A stretch of 54,805 nucleotides of DNA from a virus. Lineage: Duplodnaviria; Caudoviricetes. A model generated the notes under the pieces. That model worked only from the letters and a program-made list of their open reading frames with translations. It made no database searches and had not been told where the DNA came from. Every line of letters begins with the position of its first letter. Positions within the stretch are counted from its first letter, which is position 1. A program made the position numbers and the translations under genes. Below, one piece after another: positions 38,389 through 46,404 of this stretch. The DNA is taken from IMG/VR virus record IMGVR_UViG_3300029826_000003, positions 1 through 54,805 of that record; one strand, written 5' to 3'.

Positions 38389-38745
38389 CTATCTGGAATT
38401 GATTATATTGCCATACTCTGCCATCCAATCGGGGTGACTTGCTCGCCAATCTGACCAGCTCTCGTCAGTTAGCTTCCAGTCAATCCATTCTTGGATGTCA
38501 GGCTTCGGCGTAAACGGAGCGGCATTCGGATCGGCGCAGCGTTCGCACACGCCATTCCTTTCGCCATCCAGGTAGTTTGCTCGATGTTCGTCGCAGAAAA
38601 ACAGTCCGCAATATTCCATCGGATCTCCGCCACAAGCGTAATAAATCCCGCGATGGATACGTTTGTTGCAACTAGGGTGATCGCAAATCGCCGGAACGCA
38701 GTATCCCTGATCGCGTCTATTGTGCTCGTAACATGCGTATCCCAT
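38389..38745 (-). CDS. Cys-rich phage protein
   Basis: RDQGYCVPAICDHPSCN..I.RG..Y.CG; preceded by junction motif TTCCGAACAGGAGG. Confidence 0.75.
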   Translation of the reverse strand: MGYACYEHNRRDQGYCVPAICDHPSCNKRIHRGIYYACGGDPMEYCGLFFCDEHRANYLDGERNGVCERCADPNAAPFTPKPDIQEWIDWKLTDESWSDWRASHPDWMAEYGNIINSR

Positions 38746-38766
38746 GTCGGCCTCCTGTTCGGAATG

Positions 38767-39039
38767 CTAAAATCCGGTGTCAATTAGCAACCCTGGCGGC
38801 ATCCCCCATCCGCTTACGACCCAACCATGCTTTTCGCTTGACCACTCCATGTCATAGCAGTGATAAGTCGAATAGTCAGTAAGATCTGGCCATGAGCCAT
38901 CGTCTTCCTGATATGGGAATCGCCAGTCTACACCGATAAATAGACCACGCGAGCTGTCAATGCTGCCTATCTCGTCGGAAACCCCGCGCATGAATACCTT
39001 ATCACCAATCTGTGGTGTTCGAAGATCATCGTGATCCAT
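38767..39039 (-). CDS. hypothetical protein
   Basis: ORF in the leftward arm. Confidence 0.55.
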   Translation of the reverse strand: MDHDDLRTPQIGDKVFMRGVSDEIGSIDSSRGLFIGVDWRFPYQEDDGSWPDLTDYSTYHCYDMEWSSEKHGWVVSGWGMPPGLLIDTGF

Positions 39040-39040
39040 C

Positions 39041-39313
39041 TCAGTAGCACAAAGCACTCGTGATGTGCTGGTAGGCGTTCTTGAGATCGGATATCGCCTC
39101 TGCCAGTTCTTGTTTAGTCTCGGGGTAGTCCTCGATCGGAAAAAACTCGATATCGTCTATGACACGGCTGATGAGTGCGCGGATGTCCCTGAGTGCGTCG
39201 CGGCGAAAGTTGTTCATCTTTTTCCTCCTGCTCAGATCAAATTTCGCTTCAATCCACTCACGACAAAACGCCGCTCGCTCTTCGGGTGTAAGCCCGTCTT
39301 CATCGTTAGTCAT
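39041..39313 (-). CDS. hypothetical protein
   Basis: ORF with GAAGGAG RBS. Confidence 0.55.
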   Translation of the reverse strand: MTNDEDGLTPEERAAFCREWIEAKFDLSRRKKMNNFRRDALRDIRALISRVIDDIEFFPIEDYPETKQELAEAISDLKNAYQHITSALCY

Positions 39314-39315
39314 GG

Positions 39316-39537
39316 CTAATCTCCTTCGACAATAATGCCGAGCCGTCGTACGAGGTCTTCAGCGCTGCATCCGTCATCGAATGCGAAATCCTGACAATGA
39401 CCGCTCTCGTCATCCTCTCCAGTGATCTCGCGGGCACATCTGGCGATGTCATAGAGCATTTTCAGGTGCTGCATAACGAGCGCATGCAGGCCATGCAGAG
39501 CGAGCATTTCCGTCCTACTGATAGACTTCTTCAACAT
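39316..39537 (-). CDS. hypothetical protein
   Basis: Preceded by motif TCTGAATAGGAG. Confidence 0.65.
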   Translation of the reverse strand: MLKKSISRTEMLALHGLHALVMQHLKMLYDIARCAREITGEDDESGHCQDFAFDDGCSAEDLVRRLGIIVEGD

Positions 39538-39557
39538 CGTTACACTCCTATTCAGAT

Positions 39558-39857
39558 TCAATTGTCCCGCAGCGCGTCAAGACCGAGCATCTCCCGGCAC
39601 TGGGCGGCCGCCCACGGTAGATAGCGCTCGAACGCATCCACGAGGTCGCGGTGTCCATTTTCGTCGGTGCAAGCCATGAGAATGCCCAAGAGCGCCACTG
39701 TCATCCCGGCCATCGTCGCTTCCGCGTTATCCGCCGTGATAACGAAATTTCCATCCGCGAAGGCATCGACGACGCGACGGCGTATCTCTTCGGCTCTGGC
39801 GTCGAATGGCGATTCCGGGTTGAAATCCGGCATGTCTTTGAAACTCGGGAACTTCAT
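39558..39857 (-). CDS. hypothetical protein
   Basis: Preceded by motif TCTGGAATAGGAG. Confidence 0.7.
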   Translation of the reverse strand: MKFPSFKDMPDFNPESPFDARAEEIRRRVVDAFADGNFVITADNAEATMAGMTVALLGILMACTDENGHRDLVDAFERYLPWAAAQCREMLGLDALRDN

Positions 39858-39865
39858 GCCGGCTC

Positions 39866-40108
39866 CTATTCCAGAACACGCTCGAAGCGTCCGTCAAGAA
39901 ATTCCGATGCAGGGCGAACCCAGCACGTCCCGACCTTGCTATCGCGATATATGACGAGGGGCTCACCATCTTCCTCGCGGATACCGACGGCCTGTACCCA
40001 ATAGCGAGAACCACGATTTTTGTGCCGCCAATGGCTATTGATCGGTGCTGCGGTCCGCGTGGCTGCGACGCGCATCCGCGCTTTCTTCAAATCAAGTTCT
40101 GTATGCAT
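39866..40108 (-). CDS. DUF1653-like protein
   Basis: WRHK.RG..Y.V...EPLVIYR...WVRPASEFLDGRFERV; preceded by TTCTGAATAGGAGG. Confidence 0.75.
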   Translation of the reverse strand: MHTELDLKKARMRVAATRTAAPINSHWRHKNRGSRYWVQAVGIREEDGEPLVIYRDSKVGTCWVRPASEFLDGRFERVLE

Positions 40109-40120
40109 CTAACGTCCCTC

Positions 40121-40513
40121 CTATTCAGAATCCCGTGAAGCGCGCATCGCGGCGACTTTTTTGAGTGCTTCTTCCTTTATCTTCCGCATCTCGCGCCGCT
40201 GCTCTTCGACCGCAGCCCAATAGTGCGACTTGGCATACTCTCCATCAAAAGTGACGGGCATTTCGGGGTCATTAAGAAGCGCCTGTTTGACCGAAAGCGT
40301 ATGTATTACAACCTTCTTTCCAGTCGCTCGATATTCGGCCCCGATCATGTTGTAGTATTCGTTCGTAGGGTCTCGTTTCAGCACCTGAAGGCATCCGTCC
40401 CAATATGCGGGTTCGACATCAACAAAGTGGATATCCGTATTGCCGACGGAGACTTCTTTATCTCCGCTCGGGTCGGCCTCCTGCAGGGCCGCAATCAAAT
40501 CCCGTGTTTTCAC
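40121..40513 (-). CDS. hypothetical protein
   Basis: MKTRDLIAALQEADPSG...EPAYWDG; ends in Ser-Glu-stop inside the motif. Confidence 0.75.
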   Translation of the reverse strand: MKTRDLIAALQEADPSGDKEVSVGNTDIHFVDVEPAYWDGCLQVLKRDPTNEYYNMIGAEYRATGKKVVIHTLSVKQALLNDPEMPVTFDGEYAKSHYWAAVEEQRREMRKIKEEALKKVAAMRASRDSE

Positions 40514-40525
40514 GTTTGTCTCCCT

Positions 40526-40966
40526 TCAGGAATCGTCTGTCACTTCTGCCGGCTTGATCAGCCGGCGGTTGTCCTTCACCCCGGCATAGAGGGTCGCCAG
40601 CGCGATCGGCCGCATAGCCTCTTCCACGGTCATGCCGGCGATCATCTCGTTGTACATCTCAGCCTTTTTGCATGCGAGCTCGTAGGCTCCCGGACGAAGA
40701 TGAGCGCTGTACTGCCGATGCCTGCGCTTGTAACGGATCGTGTTGAAGAGAGGGTTCTCTGACTGGATAGCCTTCTTCTCTGCCTTCAGCGCCTCGGCAT
40801 GTGTGTCGAATTCGGTTGTTTCAGTTCGTGAGATACGATCTTTCCACGGCGAAAACGACGTGTGTTCGTAGGTTCGACGCGGCATATTTATGGTGCAACC
40901 CACGTATAGAAGAACGCCGTTCGCATCGAAATGGCGATAGAGGGTCGCCCTAACCTTGATCGGCAT
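40526..40966 (-). CDS. GIY-YIG nuclease
   Basis: LYRHFDANGVLLYVGCT...RR..EH...AL.AE..AI..ENPLFN. Confidence 0.85.
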   Translation of the reverse strand: MPIKVRATLYRHFDANGVLLYVGCTINMPRRTYEHTSFSPWKDRISRTETTEFDTHAEALKAEKKAIQSENPLFNTIRYKRRHRQYSAHLRPGAYELACKKAEMYNEMIAGMTVEEAMRPIALATLYAGVKDNRRLIKPAEVTDDS

Positions 40967-41126
40967 TCCGCTTGATCCTCTTCAGGCAACGTGACTTCAA
41001 CCGCTTGGTCAATTCACGCAGATTTTCAGCTGTTGCGTCTCGTGCTTTTTCGACCAGCTCAAGCTCTCGCCTTTCATTGTCATACAAGACTGAACGCCAT
41101 GCGGCGTGGATGCGTTTTTTCGTCAT
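40950..41126 (-). CDS. small basic helical protein (58 aa, not in the ORF track)
   Basis: Manual translation MTKKRIHAAWRSVLYDNERRELELVEKARDA...; AAGGA RBS. Confidence 0.55.
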   Translation of the reverse strand: MTKKRIHAAWRSVLYDNERRELELVEKARDATAENLRELTKRLKSRCLKRIKRNADQG

Positions 41127-41157
41127 GATCCTTGTTTATCAAATTGGTTCCCCTTCG

Positions 41158-41176
41158 TCTACCGAAAAAAGGTAGA
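41158..41176. promoter_or_regulatory. palindrome TCTACC-N7-GGTAGA, candidate operator
   Basis: Inverted repeat between divergent transcription units. Confidence 0.45.
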
Positions 41177-41184
41177 ACGTACTA

Positions 41185-41213
41185 TGGACAAGCGCAAGCG
41201 GATGCCGTATGTT
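41185..41213 (+). promoter_or_regulatory. sigma70 promoter upstream of the cassette-like array
   Basis: TGGACA-N17-TATGTT. Confidence 0.7.
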
Positions 41214-41254
41214 TTCTCGAAATTCAGTCTGAAAACCGCCGGAAGATATAAAAG

Positions 41255-41554
41255 ATGACAAATAGAGATTTATTGATAGGAACAATCGCGCAAATGCTGG
41301 CTCCTCGCCTTTTCGTCTTAAGTGGCGATAATCCTAGCGATATGGGCTTTCCGTTCGCCGACGACGAAGATGCATTCAAAGAAAGAATGTCTCGCCAGTT
41401 TGACCCAATCACCTTCTGGACAGAGAAGGCAACGGAGATTGCCGCGGCAATCGTCGACGTCATTTATGCAGAAGGAGACATCCCTGAAATAACTGATTCG
41501 CTGATCGAACGATCAGCGGCATTTGCCAAGAAATGGCAACCCGTCAGCGCCTGA
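41255..41554 (+). CDS. array gene 1, hypothetical
   Basis: First ORF after the promoter and motif. Confidence 0.65.
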   Translation: MTNRDLLIGTIAQMLAPRLFVLSGDNPSDMGFPFADDEDAFKERMSRQFDPITFWTEKATEIAAAIVDVIYAEGDIPEITDSLIERSAAFAKKWQPVSA

Positions 41555-41577
41555 TTCCAGAACCCGCCGAGGTCGAG

Positions 41578-41868
41578 ATGATATTCAGCGCAGAAGAACT
41601 CGAAAAGTGCAGATCAGCGATGGACAAACCGGCTCCGATAGAGGCTCTAAAGCTCATCGCCAGCGGCAGCGTTATTGTCGAACTCACGCACGACAAGCGC
41701 GATCTTTATCTCGACAGTGTCAATGGACGGCGCGTTCGAGACCCGGAATTTCCGAATCGCAAGATGCTGCTGAGCGGTGGATGGCCGCTATACCGCGCTG
41801 GAATGATCGATGATTTTTGTGTCGTGACAGATGCGGGCCGCAAAGTCCTCGCCGAATACGAGTCCTAG
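41578..41868 (+). CDS. array gene 2, hypothetical
   Basis: Motif and GAGG RBS before ATG. Confidence 0.7.
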   Translation: MIFSAEELEKCRSAMDKPAPIEALKLIASGSVIVELTHDKRDLYLDSVNGRRVRDPEFPNRKMLLSGGWPLYRAGMIDDFCVVTDAGRKVLAEYES

Positions 41869-41892
41869 AACCGCCCCGACCAGGAGACAACG

Positions 41893-42114
41893 ATGAAACT
41901 GACCGATGAACAACGCGATGAACTTGCAGCTCTCGCCAAGACGAACGACGCACTTGGCCACGCCTCGTTTCAGCATAAGCTAAATCGCGATTTCTACACG
42001 CCTCTAGCCGATGCTGGATTTGTCGAGATCGTGCACCCACCGCAGGGATTCGGCCGCGATGCATTCTTCGGTGTGACGATCACCGATGCTGGTCGCGCAG
42101 CGATTTCTAGATAA
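41893..42114 (+). CDS. array gene 3, small winged-helix-like
   Basis: LADAGFVE...ITDAGRAA. Confidence 0.7.
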   Translation: MKLTDEQRDELAALAKTNDALGHASFQHKLNRDFYTPLADAGFVEIVHPPQGFGRDAFFGVTITDAGRAAISR

Positions 42115-42128
42115 TCCCCGGAGGCACC

Positions 42129-42479
42129 ATGAATAACGCCGAATTCCGCAATGAACTCACGAAGATCATGCCGGGATACAAATGGACGGTTCACAAGACA
42201 TCGAACCCGGAAAGGCTGAAAGCGACCGGCATCCAGTCGAGCGGGTTCAACCGGCTCTCCACACTGCAGGTGACCCGGACGAAAAAGGGAAATGCAGCTT
42301 GGTATGATGTCAGATCTGCTCCGCATGGCACGAAATCGCCATGGGCGGCCGAGATCGGCAACGTGACCCTCGCCCGTGCCATGCGTGACCTTCAGACCCA
42401 CTACCAGCGGAAAGCGGCGAACTACCGCAAGCTGGCCGAACGACTCCAAAACGGACGCTCGACAGAGCAATCCAGCTAA
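42129..42479 (+). CDS. array gene 4, hypothetical
   Basis: GGAGG RBS; KIMPGYKWTVH...QSSGFNRLSTLQV. Confidence 0.75.
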   Translation: MNNAEFRNELTKIMPGYKWTVHKTSNPERLKATGIQSSGFNRLSTLQVTRTKKGNAAWYDVRSAPHGTKSPWAAEIGNVTLARAMRDLQTHYQRKAANYRKLAERLQNGRSTEQSS

Positions 42480-42499
42480 CTCACGGACAGGAGATCACC

Positions 42500-42799
42500 A
42501 TGAGTGGAATTGACGAGATCGCCGCCGAACGCCGCCGGCAGATCGAGGCCGAGGGGTGGACGCCGGAGCACGATGACGAGCACCGCAGCGGCGAGCTTGC
42601 GCAAGCCGCAGCCGCTTATGCACTCAATTGTTGTGACGACAGCGACGGACCGGATCTGAGATTGATGGGCGCTGAGATCTGGCCGTTCAATGATCTCTGG
42701 TGGAAGCCGAGGGACAGGCGCTACGACCTGGTTCGGGCCGGCGCCCTCATCGCCGCCGAGATCGACCGGCTCGATCGTCTCGAAGCAGGCAAGTCCTGA
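42500..42799 (+). CDS. array gene 5, widespread phage family (AERRRQIEAEGWTPEHDD)
   Basis: ERRRQ..EGWTPEHDD..GELA..WP..WWKP..LVRAGALI.AEIDRLDR. Confidence 0.85.
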   Translation: MSGIDEIAAERRRQIEAEGWTPEHDDEHRSGELAQAAAAYALNCCDDSDGPDLRLMGAEIWPFNDLWWKPRDRRYDLVRAGALIAAEIDRLDRLEAGKS

Positions 42800-42825
42800 T
42801 TTTCAAGAAACCACAGGAGGCCACG

Positions 42826-43038
42826 ATGCTGACCGTAAATATCGAGAAACGTGGCGACTTCTACATGGCTTGGCATGAGGATGCCCGCGACATCAAAAAG
42901 GCGCTTGGCGATATCGTTTTGACGACCGTCGGGGGTGCCGACACGATCGGCATTCCAGCCCATGCGTTGGAGAGCCATGTGGCTGCGCTTAATGCCGCTG
43001 GCATCAGCGTGAAGATCAACAGCAAAATCGATTCTTGA
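42826..43038 (+). CDS. array gene 6, stand-alone MutS domain I-like protein
   Basis: RGDFY....EDA....ALGDIVLT...GIPAHALESHVAALNAAGISV aligns by eye with the MutS N-terminus. Confidence 0.75.
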   Translation: MLTVNIEKRGDFYMAWHEDARDIKKALGDIVLTTVGGADTIGIPAHALESHVAALNAAGISVKINSKIDS

Positions 43039-43054
43039 AACCGCCGAGGTCAAT

Positions 43055-43723
43055 ATGCGCCAATTGAAAGTGCTGATAGGCGGGGAAGCAACACGCACGA
43101 TTGCGGCGGCATTCGAAGCGCACGGGCACTATGCCATGACGGCGGATTTCCGTCCCGCACAGCGTCCGGGACCGCACCATAAGGGCGACTGGGCCGACAT
43201 CGAGAACGACGGATGGGATCTGGCGATATTCCATCGCACGTGCACTTTCATGGCCAATTCGGGCGCCAAGCACATCTACGTTGACATGAAGAAAGCCAAC
43301 GGGCTCAACGAACAGCGCTGGCTTGAGCTGGGACGTCATGCGTGGTCTTTCTGGAACCACATGCAGACCTGTCCGGTTCGCTTCGCGGCATGGGAAAATC
43401 CCGTGATGATAGGCTATGCGCAATTGATGATCGGCAAGCCGGATCAGATCGTTCAGCCGTGGTGGTTTGCCGTAGATCCGAATGGGCCTGACAACGTCAA
43501 GAAAGCTACCGCGTGGTGGACACGGGGCGATCTTCCGAAGTTGAAACCGACAGGCATCCTTGACGGATCTACCGCGCGCGACGAGGTCTTCCGCATGGCG
43601 CCAACCGCCGATCCGGAAGTCAGACGCATGCAGCGATCGAACTTCACGCCGGGCCACGCTGAGGCAATTGCGGATCAGTGGGGCTCATTCGTTCAACAGC
43701 AGATCGCCGCCGAAGCTGCTTAG
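43055..43723 (+). CDS. array gene 7, minimal C5-cytosine methyltransferase-like protein
   Basis: WDLAIFHRTC, WENPV, IVQPWWF, KKATAWW..LPKL. Confidence 0.75.
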   Translation: MRQLKVLIGGEATRTIAAAFEAHGHYAMTADFRPAQRPGPHHKGDWADIENDGWDLAIFHRTCTFMANSGAKHIYVDMKKANGLNEQRWLELGRHAWSFWNHMQTCPVRFAAWENPVMIGYAQLMIGKPDQIVQPWWFAVDPNGPDNVKKATAWWTRGDLPKLKPTGILDGSTARDEVFRMAPTADPEVRRMQRSNFTPGHAEAIADQWGSFVQQQIAAEAA

Positions 43724-43745
43724 TCCAGAAACCGCCGAGGTTGAG

Positions 43746-44153
43746 ATGCAGGTGAACCGATACATCAGAGACAAGGCAATGGATCATGTCGATCATGCCC
43801 TTGGCCGCCCTGTCGACCCGACGGTCGAGAGCTATCGAAATTATTTTGCGACCAGTGTCGACGGCAACATAGCCGCTGAGTTTCGCGCTTCGCCAAATTG
43901 GATCGAAGGCATCCGTCAGGGTGACATGGTCTGGTTTCACGTTAGCGACCAGGGGCGCGCTGCGCTTCGCGATCATCTACGCGAGATCGGCGACGAGCAC
44001 CAACTGTTCACCGTTTCATGGGGCGGATACGACATGCCGCAGGTTGCTGCCAGCGCCAGCAAAGCGCGTTACGCCAGATGGAGCGCCTTGTGCGACGTCA
44101 TTGACGTTCCGTTCATGACGTTCGCGGCGACTGCGCGCGTGCGCCTCGCCTAA
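43746..44153 (+). CDS. array gene 8, hypothetical
   Basis: HALG...SYRNYF...FHVSDQGRAAL. Confidence 0.75.
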   Translation: MQVNRYIRDKAMDHVDHALGRPVDPTVESYRNYFATSVDGNIAAEFRASPNWIEGIRQGDMVWFHVSDQGRAALRDHLREIGDEHQLFTVSWGGYDMPQVAASASKARYARWSALCDVIDVPFMTFAATARVRLA

Positions 44154-44183
44154 TTCCGCAAACCCACCCGCCAGGAGACCGAC

Positions 44184-44393
44184 ATAACCGATAGCTTGGG
44201 CGAAGCCCTTCCCAAAAAAATGCAAGAAATCCGCGAGACCTACATTCCGGCCTACCAGAGCATCGGTCCGGCTGGAGGTTTTGCAATTGCCATGATGAAT
44301 CAGGCGTTGACGCGCGCGGAAAAGGCGATGATCGAAGGCGATATAGCCGCGATGATCTGTGCCTATAAAGATCTCTGCGAGTTCAAACTATGA
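44184..44393 (+). CDS. array gene 9; ATA in place of the expected ATG, possibly silenced
   Basis: CAGGAG RBS then ATA ACC GAT AGC TTG GGC GAA GCC; LGEALP...YQSIGPAG. Confidence 0.6.
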   Translation: MTDSLGEALPKKMQEIRETYIPAYQSIGPAGGFAIAMMNQALTRAEKAMIEGDIAAMICAYKDLCEFKL

Positions 44394-44411
44394 CTTTTCC
44401 AGAAACCGCCG

Positions 44412-44510
44412 CACCAATACGAGCACCATCCATGCGGCACCAATCTGCTCGACGCCAACCAGGCATATGAGATGGTGTGCTACATGCTCGCCGGACTTCC
44501 GGCCGAGTGA
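44412..44510 (+). pseudogene. headless gene fragment between two junction motifs
   Basis: HQYEHHPCGTNLLDANQAYEMVCYMLAGLPAE-stop directly after GAAACCGCCG; no RBS or start codon. Confidence 0.55.
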
Positions 44511-44538
44511 TCCAGAAACCGCCGACTAGGAGGCTCCC

Positions 44539-44835
44539 ATGCGTTTGTCAGTTCCCACCAAGTTGGATGAACATCATCGCCGATGGCTCAAAGCGTACTG
44601 TCCATGCGACAACGGTGTGCATGTATTTGATCCGGACGACGATGAGTTTGGCGGCCGGACCGTGCAGAACTTTCCGGGCACGGATCTTACTGTTTTCAAT
44701 GAACTTTCCTCTGCCGGGGATGGCGATGATTTCGACCTAATCTGTGACCTCATGGTCAACGGGGACTTGGTCGATACCGCGCTCATTCGCCGCCAGGACT
44801 TGGCGCTTATCGAACGTCGCCTGCAATCTGTCTGA
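44539..44835 (+). CDS. array gene, hypothetical
   Basis: Motif and AGGAGG RBS. Confidence 0.7.
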   Translation: MRLSVPTKLDEHHRRWLKAYCPCDNGVHVFDPDDDEFGGRTVQNFPGTDLTVFNELSSAGDGDDFDLICDLMVNGDLVDTALIRRQDLALIERRLQSV

Positions 44836-44847
44836 AAACAGCCGGAG

Positions 44848-45066
44848 GTGAGCATGTGGCCTTATGACCAACAAGACAAAGACCTGCACCGTCTGGTCGT
44901 TGAGCGTATCACGGACGCGATCGAGAGAGTGACGCAACTTGCCGAAACGCCGGAGCAACATGCCATGATCATCATGGCTGCTTTGTGTCGATGTGCCGGC
45001 ATGGCCGGTGCTCTCATCGCTGTCGAGATCGACCGGCTCGATCGTCTCGAAGCAAGCAAGTCCTGA
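44848..45066 (+). CDS. array gene, chimera carrying the 3' end of gene 5
   Basis: C-terminus AGALIAVEIDRLDRLEASKS duplicates 42736-42799. Confidence 0.6.
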   Translation: MSMWPYDQQDKDLHRLVVERITDAIERVTQLAETPEQHAMIIMAALCRCAGMAGALIAVEIDRLDRLEASKS

Positions 45067-45092
45067 TTTTCAAGAAACGGTCGGAGGGCAAT

Positions 45093-45332
45093 ATGCGAGA
45101 TCTTCAAACTGACCACGATCCGAGCCACCCGCTCACCCGGGCGCTGCGCGAGGTCGTTCAGAAGAACGGGCTGACCGGAGCCGTTATGCTGACGTTCACG
45201 AAGGATCGCGTTGGCGTGAATTCCTCGTCTCCGGGCGTCGAATTCGGCGCGATCATGCAGCGGTTGGCTGACGCTATTCTGTTCGCCTTTGATCGCGGTG
45301 ACTTCGATAGCGTGTTGCCGCCAGAACAGTGA
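45093..45332 (+). CDS. array gene, hypothetical
   Basis: Motif and GGAGG RBS. Confidence 0.7.
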   Translation: MRDLQTDHDPSHPLTRALREVVQKNGLTGAVMLTFTKDRVGVNSSSPGVEFGAIMQRLADAILFAFDRGDFDSVLPPEQ

Positions 45333-45364
45333 CTTTTCTCACAACCGCCGACCAGGAGGCAAAG

Positions 45365-45622
45365 ATGATCACAGACCAGCAGATCGATCGACTGAGCGCA
45401 TGCACTTGCGGCGGAACTGCCGAACCGGCCTCGCGTCGAATTTCATCGCTGCCGAATGCTACGCGGGTGGATGAAGCGAAATTTGATCTGAAGAGGAGCC
45501 ATCAAATGCCGACGATTGTGCAGGGAACCCGCGTCTATCCAGAACCTGACGGCTGGCTTGATCCAGCAAAGATTAACAAACCAGCCTGCTATGGACGCCG
45601 ATGCGACTGGCTATGTGTCTGA
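45365..45622 (+). pseudogene. probably two degenerate array genes read as one ORF
   Basis: Internal TCTGAAGAGGAG motif (45487-45498) and a second ATG at 45506. Confidence 0.4.
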
Positions 45623-45677
45623 CGTCGGCCGGCCCGACCTTCCGAATTCAATCAAGCGCTCTGAATAGGAGGCCAGA

Positions 45678-45998
45678 ATGGCTAATGACGAACCCTTGAA
45701 GGTCGGATTTCATCCACCACTGCAATGTGCCCGCGGCCGAACCGACTGCCGTTCTCTGGCGCAGCTTATTTCGAGCCGCGATGAGCCTACATTCGTCTGT
45801 TGTGGGGAAGTTGACGAAGGCAAAACACCTGTTCCGGAGGACCGCTGGTCATTCTGTATCAACACGATGAACGCCGGTCACGGCAAGGGCTACAATTTCA
45901 GGGCATTCGTCGACCGACGCGACATGTCGCACATGAGCGCCGTGCTTAGCATGGCGCTCGCGATGGTCATCCCGCTCGACTATGACGATTCTGAATAG
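45678..45998 (+). CDS. array gene, Cys-containing hypothetical
   Basis: Flanked by TCTGAATAGGA motifs; ends SE-stop. Confidence 0.7.
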   Translation: MANDEPLKVGFHPPLQCARGRTDCRSLAQLISSRDEPTFVCCGEVDEGKTPVPEDRWSFCINTMNAGHGKGYNFRAFVDRRDMSHMSAVLSMALAMVIPLDYDDSE

Positions 45999-46008
45999 GA
46001 AGACTTTA

Positions 46009-46206
46009 ATGCCGCGCACTTGCGTTCGATCTATAGCGACTTTTCGGCTTTCGAGCACGAACACCGACGAGCTGCGTCTTGAATTCTCGTGCTCCACTGA
46101 CGCATACAAATTGGCCAGGCGCATTTTGCAGGAAGCATTAAATCACGAAGCCGGCGGTGCATTTTCCGTTCGTCCGATCTACGGCCGTGCCGATTTTTCC
46201 GAATAG
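46009..46206 (+). CDS. array gene, hypothetical
   Basis: Flanked by motifs; ends SE-stop. Confidence 0.55.
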   Translation: MPRTCVRSIATFRLSSTNTDELRLEFSCSTDAYKLARRILQEALNHEAGGAFSVRPIYGRADFSE

Positions 46207-46215
46207 GAGGTCAGC

Positions 46216-46404
46216 GTGACCGAGCAATGCCACGACTGCAATTTCTACCGTGTTCGCACCGACGAGCCAGGGCGCAACAGTCAAGGATGGTTCGGCTACT
46301 GCGTTCGCTTCCCACCCATTTTCAAGGAAGACCGCGCCATCAACGATGGTTGGCCGAACGTTCATGGTCAGTCGTGGTGCGGCGAGTTTAAACGTTCTGA
46401 ATAG
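46216..46404 (+). CDS. array gene, small Cys-rich protein
   Basis: CHDCNFY...GYCVRFPP...WP.V....WCGEF; ends SE-stop. Confidence 0.75.
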   Translation: MTEQCHDCNFYRVRTDEPGRNSQGWFGYCVRFPPIFKEDRAINDGWPNVHGQSWCGEFKRSE

